Source: a virus. Taken from it: a stretch of 64,000 nt of DNA. Under the pieces are notes generated by a model. That model saw only the letters and a program-made list of their open reading frames with translations. It did not search any database and was not told where the DNA came from. The translations under genes were made by a program, and so were the position numbers. The DNA is taken from IMG/VR virus record IMGVR_UViG_3300036770_002724, positions 32,001 through 96,000 of that record, one strand, 5' to 3'. Shown here piece by piece: positions 1 through 9,700 of this stretch; position 1 is the first letter of the stretch, and every line of letters begins with the position of its first letter.

Positions 1-453
1 CCCCCCAAGCTCCGGACGGCGATCACTTCCGGCAACGCTTTCGTTACCGGGGAGCCGGGGGTCGTGGGGGGTGTGACGGCAGGCTATTCCACCCAGGTGG
101 GAACGATCACCGTCGTCAACAATAACTACACCTCCATTCCCCCTACTAGCCGTTGTGTTCTTACGGTCGGAGACTACCAGTTGACGATGGGCCTGGAGAT
201 CAACCCTGGGAATCCGGCGACTCCTAGCGATGGGGCGACCGGGATCGCTAATGCGATCAACCGTCTCCCCGGGTTCGTTGCTGTCGCTGCGCTGGCCGTC
301 GTGACCGTCGGGTACGTCAGCGACGTGAACGCGGTCATTCCGTTTTCCGTTCAGCATAACGGTACGGTAACGAACTTGGTTTTGACGCCGGGCGTCAGCG
401 TCGGGGCTCTCGCTCGTGGAACCCCGGCGGTGGGCGCTCCGGTCATCCTCTGA
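1..453 (+). CDS. 5'-truncated putative virion structural protein (Gly/Ala/Thr/Val-rich, beta-strand type)
   Basis: Frame is open from base 1 (PPKLRTAITSG...) to TGA at 453; composition resembles the structural paralogs at 27.9-32.7 kb. Confidence 0.5.
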   Translation, partial: PPKLRTAITSGNAFVTGEPGVVGGVTAGYSTQVGTITVVNNNYTSIPPTSRCVLTVGDYQLTMGLEINPGNPATPSDGATGIANAINRLPGFVAVAALAVVTVGYVSDVNAVIPFSVQHNGTVTNLVLTPGVSVGALARGTPAVGAPVIL

Positions 454-461
454 GGTGGGTT

Positions 462-1142
462 ATGCCTAGAGCTTTTGTCAAGGACCGTCAGGAGCGTGCA
501 GTCCTACTGAGCCGACTCCCGGAGGGGGCCACTCGGGTCAAGGTCGAGAACGAGATCGGCAAGACGTGTTACAAGGAAATCGACAACCTCGCTGACACGG
601 ACAAGATTCTCACGAAAGACGATGGGACTCCCATCGTCATGTTCGCCTCTCCAGGTCGCAAGCGCCATGTGGTTTTGGAGCCGGTCAACTCGACTGTCAA
701 AGAAATCCTGAAGCGTAAAGAGGCTTTCGTCCAGAAGGATCCCCTCTGCCAGATCACCCACCAGGATCCGGAGTCTCCGGACGTCCTCCAGCACGTCATG
801 GTGGGGATCAGCGAGGAGGCAGCTTCCATCGCCTTTGAGCGTCAGGAGGCCGAACGGCAGGGCAAGGATACGGCCACGCTTTCTCAGCGGCGCATCCAAG
901 CGATGAGGGCTGTGGGAGAGGCGTGGCTCAAGCGCAAGGAGCAGGTTTCCGCCCGGGGTATCGACCTGGACTCTCCGGCTTTCGAGTCCGTCTTCGCCTA
1001 CACGATGGAGACGTTCAAGGAAGCCATGACTTCCGCCAAGGCGCGTCCTGAGATGATCGAGACGGTCTTCGCCAAGTTCGCCCAGATGATCAACGACGAG
1101 TGGAAGGCCGAAGCGAAGACCCGGATGAAGAAGTTGGTGTAG
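462..1142 (+). CDS. Putative terminase small subunit
   Basis: 226 aa, helical C-terminal half, directly upstream of terminase large subunit (3-nt gap); assignment is positional. Confidence 0.5.
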   Translation: MPRAFVKDRQERAVLLSRLPEGATRVKVENEIGKTCYKEIDNLADTDKILTKDDGTPIVMFASPGRKRHVVLEPVNSTVKEILKRKEAFVQKDPLCQITHQDPESPDVLQHVMVGISEEAASIAFERQEAERQGKDTATLSQRRIQAMRAVGEAWLKRKEQVSARGIDLDSPAFESVFAYTMETFKEAMTSAKARPEMIETVFAKFAQMINDEWKAEAKTRMKKLV

Positions 1143-1145
1143 CCT

Positions 1146-3014
1146 ATGGGCCTAGCCAATATCGCGATGGGCGTGGGGCGTACCAAGCCCTCGGGAAGCG
1201 CCCCCTCTTCCGTCGTAGACATCATCACCTTCGCGGAATCCGACTGGGGACTGGGGTGTAACCTCTTTCCGGCTCAGAGAGTCATCCTCAAAGCCTTCTA
1301 CGGGATCCCTCTCAACGATACAGACAAGACGGTCCCCGTTTCGGACTGGCGTCGGCAAAGCTGGGCGCACATGACGGAAGCGGACTACCTCCGCAAGCTC
1401 TTCGACGACGGGCGGTCCAGTATCCGCGAGGTCGTCCCGGGAGATGAACGCCACGAGCTAGTTCTGAGCATCGGGCGCCGTTCAGGGAAGACGTTGATGG
1501 CGTCGGTCATCGCGACCTACGAGACGTACAAGCTGCTGCTGAAGGGGTGTCCTCAGAAGTACTACGGGCTTCCGACGACCAACGAGATCGGTATCGCCAG
1601 CGTCGCGACGGACAAGAAACAGGCAGGTATCCTCTACACAAACGTCTCAGGCTACTTCGCGGATTGTTCCTTCTTCTCGCAGTACATGGCGAATAGCACC
1701 CTGAGCTTCGCCAAGCTACAGACCCCCTACGACATCGAACGCTACGGTCGATTCAATGAGGCAGAGACCACCCGGTCCTCTATCTTCGTGAGCTTTCACG
1801 CTTGTGTCGCCAAGGGTCTTCGTGGTCCCGGCAACATCGTCATCATCCTCGACGAGCTAGCTCACTTCGTCGATGAGGGGCAGTCCTCCGCCGAACTGGT
1901 GTACAACGCGATCACGCCCAGCAAGTCGGCGTTTTCGCCCAAAGACCCCAACAGCCCCCAAGTCCCGACCGGCCCCGTAGAGGGGCGGGTGATCAGCATC
2001 AGTTCTCCTCTGGGTCGTCAGGGTCAGTTCTATTCCCTGTTTGAGATCGCCATGCGGGGGAGCGAGGCGAGCAAGGACATGCTCGCGATCCAGGCTCCGA
2101 CCTGGGAAGTCAACCCGACGGTCCCGGCGACCGAGTTCGAGAAGCACTACCTCAAGAATCAGACGGTCTTTTTCACGGAGTACGGGGCAGAGTTCACCGA
2201 CCGGACCCGAGGGTGGATCGAGCGGGCCGAAGACCTGGAAGCCTGCATTGACCCCACGGCAAAGCAGGTAGATGCTGCTCCGGCACGTCGCCCCCACTTC
2301 ATCGGGATCGACTTGGGCATGGTGGAGGACGCCTCTGCCGTGGCTATCGGCCACATCGAGGAACGCGAGGGTGAGAAGGTCATCATCGTGGATCTCGTGG
2401 ACCAGATCAAGGCTGGGGATGGCCGTTTCGCCAACGTCGAACGGCTAGATTTTGATGACATCGCGGACTGGATCCACCAGCTTTCCAAGCGGTTCTATCT
2501 GGCCGGTGGGGTGTTCGACCAGTGGGCGGGAATCCCGTTCGAGCAAGCTCTGGCAAAGCGGGGGCTTCGTCAACTGGTCTCGGAGCACATGACCAAGAAT
2601 CTGGTAAGCTCCATCTACCAGAACTTCAAGGACATGATGTTCGACCGTCGACTGGTCCTGTACGACGCCCCCATTCCTCCGGGCAAAAACCACTGCGATT
2701 ACATCCAGGAGCTTTTGGAGCTACAGGCACAGTCCGTCTCGAAGTACATCACGGTCGTCGAGGCTCCTAACATCGAGGGTAAGCACGATGACCGTTCGGA
2801 CGCCCTCGTCCGTATGGTCTGGCTCGCTAGCCAGAACATCACCAAACCCAAGTACATATCCAGGGGTGACGGGGCGACCTTGTCGCAGAGGACCGCAGCT
2901 ACGGCGAACATCCGGGAGGTCGCTAAAGCGGCTCTAGGTGCCCGTAAGATGGGGTCGCACCCTTCCCGGCAAGTTTCCCCTCTAGGCAGGGGTCGGGTTC
3001 TCGGTCGGAGGTGA
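1146..3014 (+). CDS. terL: Terminase large subunit
   Basis: Walker A SIGRRSGKT, Walker B IIILDE, coupling motif ISISSP, RNase H-like nuclease motifs IGIDLG and HDDRSDA. Confidence 0.95.
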   Translation: MGLANIAMGVGRTKPSGSAPSSVVDIITFAESDWGLGCNLFPAQRVILKAFYGIPLNDTDKTVPVSDWRRQSWAHMTEADYLRKLFDDGRSSIREVVPGDERHELVLSIGRRSGKTLMASVIATYETYKLLLKGCPQKYYGLPTTNEIGIASVATDKKQAGILYTNVSGYFADCSFFSQYMANSTLSFAKLQTPYDIERYGRFNEAETTRSSIFVSFHACVAKGLRGPGNIVIILDELAHFVDEGQSSAELVYNAITPSKSAFSPKDPNSPQVPTGPVEGRVISISSPLGRQGQFYSLFEIAMRGSEASKDMLAIQAPTWEVNPTVPATEFEKHYLKNQTVFFTEYGAEFTDRTRGWIERAEDLEACIDPTAKQVDAAPARRPHFIGIDLGMVEDASAVAIGHIEEREGEKVIIVDLVDQIKAGDGRFANVERLDFDDIADWIHQLSKRFYLAGGVFDQWAGIPFEQALAKRGLRQLVSEHMTKNLVSSIYQNFKDMMFDRRLVLYDAPIPPGKNHCDYIQELLELQAQSVSKYITVVEAPNIEGKHDDRSDALVRMVWLASQNITKPKYISRGDGATLSQRTAATANIREVAKAALGARKMGSHPSRQVSPLGRGRVLGRR

Positions 3015-3018
3015 TGTC

Positions 3019-3282
3019 ATGCCAAGCCTTTCGGTTACCAGTCCCGTTCGGGCCGACCATCGCTTTTTGAAGAAAGTCGTCTCCGTCATCCTTGGGGGTA
3101 AGGTAGAGAGTCGACCGAGCGAGTTCTCGATGATCTCCCGGGCTTTCGTTCAGGTAGGTGGTTCGTGGGAACGTATCTTCAAGGGCTCCCCCCAAGACGT
3201 GCATCTGCTCAAACGGATCGTCCGAAGAGCCTACAAGCTCGGATTGTTGACGAAGATAGAGCCGTGGGGGGCTCGTGACTAG
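3019..3282 (+). CDS. Hypothetical protein (87 aa)
   Basis: Fills gap between terL and the next ORF with tight spacing. Confidence 0.55.
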   Translation: MPSLSVTSPVRADHRFLKKVVSVILGGKVESRPSEFSMISRAFVQVGGSWERIFKGSPQDVHLLKRIVRRAYKLGLLTKIEPWGARD

Positions 3283-3676
3283 GTCAAGGGTACGTCGCCG
3301 TGCTCAGGAAGATTTCGGTCGGGAGATGCAGCAGCACATTTCCCGGTCCCTTCGGCATTTGATCCAAGCCCAAGAGATATGTCAGCGGATTGCACGGGAT
3401 GCGGATCCCATGAACCGCATTGAGGTTCGACGTGCAAGGGTCGCGAATCAGACGTTGAGCAGGGTGCGCTCGCTCATCGAACAGATTGGACCCTTGTCTC
3501 CGGGCTACGATAAGAGTGACCCCGACCTGACGCCCGAGACTACGAAGCGTCCGAGGCAGTCGGAAAAGCAAGCGTCACAACAGTCCGCAAAGCCGGTCAA
3601 GCGGGTGTTGTCATTCCAAGACCGGGTCCGGCAAGCCTTGGAGAAGATGAGGGAACAGGATGGCTCGGAACAATAA
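3275..3676 (+). CDS. Hypothetical basic protein (133 aa)
   Basis: GTG start overlapping the previous stop; end overlaps portal start. Confidence 0.55.
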   Translation: MTRSRVRRRAQEDFGREMQQHISRSLRHLIQAQEICQRIARDADPMNRIEVRRARVANQTLSRVRSLIEQIGPLSPGYDKSDPDLTPETTKRPRQSEKQASQQSAKPVKRVLSFQDRVRQALEKMREQDGSEQ

Positions 3677-5351
3677 TCCCGCTGATACGGTGAAGGTGGC
3701 GGAGATCCCCCCTCGTCCTAACGTCAAGGTAGGGAAGCCGGGTCAGGTCGTCACTACCGCCATGCGGATGAAGACGGCCTTTCCGACGGTCGGAGGCACC
3801 ACCCTGGGTTCTGGCGGCAACTTCTACTCGCCGGAGCTTTCGACCGACTTCCTTGAGCTTCCGCAGACCACCGACGAGCAGAGGAACTACTACAGGTTCT
3901 TCTATGACCACGACGAGTTCATCGGGCAGGCCATCGACCTGACCGCTGAACTTCCGTTGTCCAAGATCCGACTTCGGATGCCCGAGGCCAAGAACCGAGA
4001 GATCGCTGAACAGGCGATGCGGTTCTGTCAGCGGTGGTCCCGGAAAATCGGGCTCCTTCATCGGCTGATCTCCATCGTCCACGACTACTTTCTGGTCGGG
4101 GAAGCCTTCGTCTTTTGCGAGGACACCTCGCCAGATATGCCTCCCGACGTCCGGTCCTACGCAATCCGGGAGGTCAAGGAAGACGGCTCGACCGAAGAGA
4201 AGTGGCTCGACTACCCCGATGCAAACGAGCGTGCGGTTGCTTGGCTGAAAAAGAACTACCAGGGCTGGACGGCGGTTCGCGTCCTTCCACCTGAGCAGAT
4301 CCACATGGAGAGCTTCCCGTTCACGAACGAGAAGCTCATCGAACTGGTGGTGGACAGCAAGACCAAGGCTATCGTCCAGAAGGCGCAGCAGGGGGATCTT
4401 CGAGCGCAGCAGATCGTGGACTCCATGCCCCAGGAGATCGTCGAGGCTGTAATCAGCGGTCAGAACCTGCCCCTCAACACCGACCCCGATGCCGGGAGCT
4501 TCTGCTTTCATCTCGCCCGCAAGAAGTCTGACTACGAGCCCCGGGGAAAGAGCGTTCTACAGCGATGCCTTCGGACCCTGGTCTTTCGGGATAAGGTCCG
4601 TCAGGCTCTCACCAGCATCGCTTCCCGGCACATGACCCCGTTCCGGCTCATCTACGCGGAGGACATGGACGCCGAGCAGACCGAAGACCTCCGTGCCCAG
4701 GTTGACCTCGCCCTTCAGGATCCCGACTACTCCATCATCACCAACTTCCAAGTGAACTGGGAAGAGATGGGGGCCGACCAGCGTCTCCCGAACTGGGATT
4801 GGGTCTACGAGCAGACGAACAAGCAGCTTTACGCGGGCCTCGGTATGACAGAAAGCCTCCTCTCCGGCGAGAGCAGCTACTCAGGCGACCGGATTCACCT
4901 GGAGGTCATCAACACGCGGTTCATGCTTCTCCGCGAAGCTCTCCAAGACCTCGTCGAAGACTTCATGTTCAAGCCCATGTGCGCTCGCATGGGCTTCGTC
5001 GAGGAAGATGAGGACGGCAACCTCGAAGTGGTTTTCCCTCGACTGTCGTTCACCCGTCTGGCGCTTCGGGACAACCAGGAGACGTTCGACGCCCTGTTCA
5101 ACCTGTACCAGAAGGGCTCTCTGGACGTGGAGGTCATCCTCGACCTCCTGAACATCGACCCGCTGACGACCAAAGAAAAACTGGAAAAGGACATGCTCAC
5201 GCCGAATGACGCCCTTTTCAACGAGATCCTGCGGTCGGCGTACAGCGGGGTTGGAAACGCCCTTCCGGAGCAGACGGACATCATCGAACGGGCGGCGAAG
5301 GTCATGGGCCTGAAATACAAGCCCCCGGCTGAAGGCGGAGATCGTTTCTAG
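3660..5351 (+). CDS. Portal protein
   Basis: 563 aa after terL; portal-like segments (IGQAIDLTAELPLS, DYFLVGEAFVF, VRVLPPEQI, YEPRGKSVLQRCLR, LYAGLGMTESLLSG). Confidence 0.85.
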   Translation: MARNNNPADTVKVAEIPPRPNVKVGKPGQVVTTAMRMKTAFPTVGGTTLGSGGNFYSPELSTDFLELPQTTDEQRNYYRFFYDHDEFIGQAIDLTAELPLSKIRLRMPEAKNREIAEQAMRFCQRWSRKIGLLHRLISIVHDYFLVGEAFVFCEDTSPDMPPDVRSYAIREVKEDGSTEEKWLDYPDANERAVAWLKKNYQGWTAVRVLPPEQIHMESFPFTNEKLIELVVDSKTKAIVQKAQQGDLRAQQIVDSMPQEIVEAVISGQNLPLNTDPDAGSFCFHLARKKSDYEPRGKSVLQRCLRTLVFRDKVRQALTSIASRHMTPFRLIYAEDMDAEQTEDLRAQVDLALQDPDYSIITNFQVNWEEMGADQRLPNWDWVYEQTNKQLYAGLGMTESLLSGESSYSGDRIHLEVINTRFMLLREALQDLVEDFMFKPMCARMGFVEEDEDGNLEVVFPRLSFTRLALRDNQETFDALFNLYQKGSLDVEVILDLLNIDPLTTKEKLEKDMLTPNDALFNEILRSAYSGVGNALPEQTDIIERAAKVMGLKYKPPAEGGDRF

Positions 5352-5382
5352 CTCTATCAGGCTCCCCTAGTCAGAGGAGCCT

Positions 5383-6717
5383 ATGCACCCCAAAGCCTCA
5401 GTCGCCTTGATGAAGTTCCTATCCGGTGCTGCTCGACGGCTCGGAGTAGGCGATCACGCTTATGTCGTAGGGGGTGCCGTCCGGAACTACGTCCTCGGGG
5501 TTCCGATCAAGGACGTCGATCTGGTCATCGATCCCACCGTTCAGCCCGGTAAGGACTCGGCCTGGTTCGCGAAGCAGCTACAGAAGCTCATCCCCGCCCC
5601 GACCAGTCTCGTGACCAACAACTACGGGGTCGCCATCCTGTCGGTGAACGGCCCTTGGGTTCTTGGCGGTCACGACCTGGACGGGGAGAAGATCGAGATC
5701 GCAAATGCCCGCAGCGAGTCCTACGCTGAAGGGGGCTACAAGCCCGATCAAGTCGTTCCGGCCACGATCCAAGAAGACGTTTACCGCAGGGAGTTCACCT
5801 TCAACACCTTGCTGTGGCGGCTAAAGGATCTCGCGCAAGGGCCGGACAAGGCAGAGATCATTGACCTCACGGGTTGCGGGCTTCGCGACCTTGAGCGAGG
5901 GGTCATGGCTTGTCCCCGCGATCCCGATGAGGTGTTCGCGGATGACCCGAGCCGGATGATCCGGGCGGTCAAGTTTACCATCAAGTACGGGTTCAAGATC
6001 CCCCCGGACCTAGAAGCCTCGATTCGACGGAACGCTTCTCGACTTCGCCAGATTCCTCCCGGGCACATCACCAACATGCTCATCGAGACTTTCTTGCGGG
6101 ATCCGTCCGGCAAGAAGGCTCTGATGGAGATGGACCGTCTCGGGCTTCTCGCGGTCATCCGAGAGATCGCTCAGGATAACAAGTCTTTCCGACAGAGTCT
6201 CGCCAACTGGGCGGAGTCTGAGGCGAGCGTAGCCTTCCTCTTCGACCTGATGGATCTCGGTATGCCCGTGGGAAAGAAACTGACCTTCCTGTCCCCAGAG
6301 GATGTCTCCAGGGTTCGCGAGGTCACCTTCGACATGACTCCCGCGAAGGGTGAAGCCTACGTCTCCGTCCTCAAGCAGCCGGGTCGGGTTCTGGACTTCC
6401 CCTCGCTCATTCAGGAGTTCGATCTGAAGGGGCCGGGGGTTGGTGTTCTTACAGACGTTGCCCGCCGGTCCTTGCTCGAAGATCCTGACCTGATTGACGA
6501 CTCTCGGCGCTTCTCTGACCAAGTGCGTCAGAGACTCATGTCCAAGAGGGTTGCTTCGCGCGTTCTGGCTTCGGTTCGTCGTCCCTCGGTCGAGGAGAGC
6601 GATAGCCCCCGCGAGTACCTCGGCTCCCCGCTCTCGACACGCCCTGATTACGGGCGAGGTTCCTCTAGCCGGGTCGCTAGCCGGGTCGCTAGTCGATGGC
6701 TCGCGAGTAGGCGTTGA
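5383..6717 (+). CDS. cca: Class II nucleotidyltransferase (CCA-adding enzyme / poly(A) polymerase family) with C-terminal RVASR repeats
   Basis: YVVGGAVRN..KDVDL (DxD), ARSESY, RREFTFN, GLRDL, DDPSRMIRAVKF; tail KRVASRVLAS...SRVASRVASRWLASRR. Confidence 0.9.
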   Translation: MHPKASVALMKFLSGAARRLGVGDHAYVVGGAVRNYVLGVPIKDVDLVIDPTVQPGKDSAWFAKQLQKLIPAPTSLVTNNYGVAILSVNGPWVLGGHDLDGEKIEIANARSESYAEGGYKPDQVVPATIQEDVYRREFTFNTLLWRLKDLAQGPDKAEIIDLTGCGLRDLERGVMACPRDPDEVFADDPSRMIRAVKFTIKYGFKIPPDLEASIRRNASRLRQIPPGHITNMLIETFLRDPSGKKALMEMDRLGLLAVIREIAQDNKSFRQSLANWAESEASVAFLFDLMDLGMPVGKKLTFLSPEDVSRVREVTFDMTPAKGEAYVSVLKQPGRVLDFPSLIQEFDLKGPGVGVLTDVARRSLLEDPDLIDDSRRFSDQVRQRLMSKRVASRVLASVRRPSVEESDSPREYLGSPLSTRPDYGRGSSSRVASRVASRWLASRR

Positions 6718-6733
6718 GTATTCGAGGCGTGTC

Positions 6734-9700
6734 ATGTCTATCTGGTTGGAAGCCGCTCTGGACGAACTTCACGGACCCCTTTCCGACTGGGTTCACTATG
6801 GTCGTTCCGGTTCCAAGCGAGAACTGTTTGAGGCATACGACGGGCTTGCGCCTCAAGCGAAGATGGCTCTGGCAGGCGCGGTGAGAAAAGCGTTCGGAGG
6901 CTCCTCCAAGGCTATCATGTACCGACGGCTGAAATCCTCCGGAGAGGCTAGCCGGATGGGAGGGATGTCTCTCACAACAGCCCTTCCTGGCTACGTCGAG
7001 GCGGAGGCGTTCGAGGTTGAAGCCGATGACGTCCTCGTCCATCACGGTGTCCCCGGAACCCCGCTTAGTAGCAAAGCCTTCGGGCACGAGAAAGAGGTCA
7101 TCTTGAAGCCGACGGCGAACCCGAAGAGTCTAGGCCCGGTTCCGGCTAACAGGACTGCGGCCCGCTACAAGGATAAGAAGCAAGTCCCGAAGGCTGATGG
7201 GAAGGGAAAGACGACGGTCTACGAGTACAGCGACCGTCAGGTCGCCCTCCGAAATCGAGAGAAGGCCAAGCAGGTCGAGAAGATCCGAAGGTCCATCGGG
7301 GATCTGAGGGAGCAAGTCCGGAAAGACCTCAAGTCGAAAGACGAGCACACCCGGAACGTCGCCCTAGCTGTAGGTCTCCTGGACAAAACTTACGAGCGCG
7401 TCGGGAATGAGGATTCGGCCAAAGACGGTCACGTCGGGGTCACCGGCTGGAAGGTGAAGCACCTCACGGTTGGCAAGGACAAGATCACGATCAAGTACGT
7501 CGGCAAGTCGGGGGTCAAGCACGAGAAGGTCGTCGACAACGCTGCCTCGGTTGCCGCGATCAAGAAGGCTATCGAAGGTAAGAAGGATGACGACCTCATC
7601 TGCGGGTGCTCTGCCGAGGACGTGAACGAATACTTGGAACCCTTCGACATCACCGCTAAAGACCTTCGGGGCTACCACGCCAACACCGAGATGCAGACCC
7701 GGCTGAAGCGGATTCGATCCGAGAACGGGGCGCTCCCCAAGAATCGGGAAGAGCGGAAGGAAACGCTCAAGGAGGAGTTCGATCAAGCCCTGGAGGAGAC
7801 GGCGGAGGCGGTCGGTCACGAACCCTCGACCTTGCGTTCCCAGTACCTCGTCCCCGGACTCGAAGACGAGTTTATGAAGGACGGTGAGGTGAGCCAGACG
7901 CTCGACAAGCGGGGCTCATCCGTGAAGGTCGCTCTACGCGAAGGCTCCGGTCTGTCGCGGATCGCGGGAAGGATTCGGACGGTCCCTACCCCAGATTCCC
8001 TTGTACCTTCGTCTGTTCGCTCTTTTTTCAACCGGAATCAAGCGGTATTTGATCGGTATCCCGACTTGTGGCTGAAGGGCGGGGCGGCGCGCGGGACTTT
8101 TGTTTCTTGGGCGTTTCTCAAGCTATTCGGAGCTAGGGCGGAGCCCAAAGAGGCTAGGGACTTCGATTTCGTCACTTTCAGTCAAGAGGGTCCTTGGGAA
8201 GTCGAGGGTGAATCCGTCGAATTCGCATCCTCCGTTTCGGCTTACATGGGGTCGAGAGACTTCGGGGTGAACGAGGTTCTCCTTCGTCCGGACAGGATGG
8301 TTTTTTCGGACAAGGCTTGGAGGGATGTTCTCCGGCTTGAGATTTCCCCTCGTTCTGTCATCGAAGAAGACCGCTACGGGCGGACGGGGCTTCGCGCGCT
8401 CTTGTTCGTTCTGGAGCTAGGATTTAGCCCAGGGAAGTTCATCGCGGAAGAGATCAAGAAGGCGGATACTTGGAATCTTCTTCTCCATCTATTCAAAGCA
8501 TACGAGAAGGGGATAGAGGACGATTACTTCCTCTACATCAAGAAGTCTGGGGGGGTGCTAACGGAACGGATAGCTACGGTAGACGACTGGCTGATCGAGC
8601 TAGTTGGAGCAACCCCGCATTTTTCGTTGCGGCCTTACCATAAGGCTATCTTGGATAAGGCTAAAGAAATGTCGAATCTCGGGAAAGACCCGTTCGATTC
8701 GATACCCCGGTCGGCTTCCGAGTCTCTTCTTCAACATTGGTTCGCCTCCTCTTTTGACCGGGTCGCCACGAAGACCGAGGGGGAGAAGGAAAACGAAGAG
8801 GTCGAGCGGCTGGTCAAGCCAGCCCCCAAGACCAAGCCCCCGCGTCAAGACCTTCGCCGCAATCGGATGAAGGTTGAGGACGAGGACGTTGAGCGTCCAA
8901 GTGCGGAGTCGGATCGGGATCTCTCCCTGAACTACAAGAAGGTCGCCGCCGAATTGACCGCTCGTTGGTACGGGGTCATCCCGCCTCGCCCCAAGCCTCC
9001 GAAGCCGCCCCCTCTACCGCCGAGGGATCCGATCCCCGGATGGAACCCTGTTACCCTTGATCTTGCCCAGAAAAAGTCCCGCAAGCCGGGCGACGTGTGG
9101 CGATCCAAGACCCCGGGTCGTTGGCTCGCGATGAATTCGGAGGAGACTGTACATTCCTTTGAGGACAGATCGAAGGCAGAGTCTTTCTCCCAGAACGGGA
9201 AAAGGGCATCGAACGCGGAGTGGTTGGCTCTACGGTTCGCAGATGCCCCCTTGAATCCTACGGACCACAGACCCGGTGACGTTTGGGAATCTGAACGTAC
9301 TCCTGGTCGCTGGTTAGGGAAGAACCCCGAAGGTGTGTCGAAGTCTTTTGACACGAAGGAAGAGGCTCAATCCTTCGCGAAATCCGAAGCGACCTCAGAG
9401 TCCGAAGCCCCAGAAGACGGTGACCTTCAGACCAAGGATACGACTCCCCAAGAGCCGCCGCCGCCGCCGAGCCCAGAGGAGTCGATCTCTCAGATGGTGA
9501 AATCCCTCTCAAACCTAGAGGACGAGCAGATCCAATCGACTCTCGAAAGTTTCTCAGACGCGGAACGCGCCAAGATTGCAGAGACCTTTGCCCAAGAGAG
9601 CGAGACGCTTCGACGTGCGTTTGAGGATGGTACGCTCCTCGGCTCCGACAAGGATCTCAAAGAGGTCTCGGAGGCGTTTGAGAACCCTTCCTCTTCTGTG

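Noticed and set aside
6494-6733. Upstream start of the large multidomain ORF at 6494
   Set aside because: It overlaps the CCA gene by over 200 nt; ATG 6734 just after the CCA stop is more plausible.
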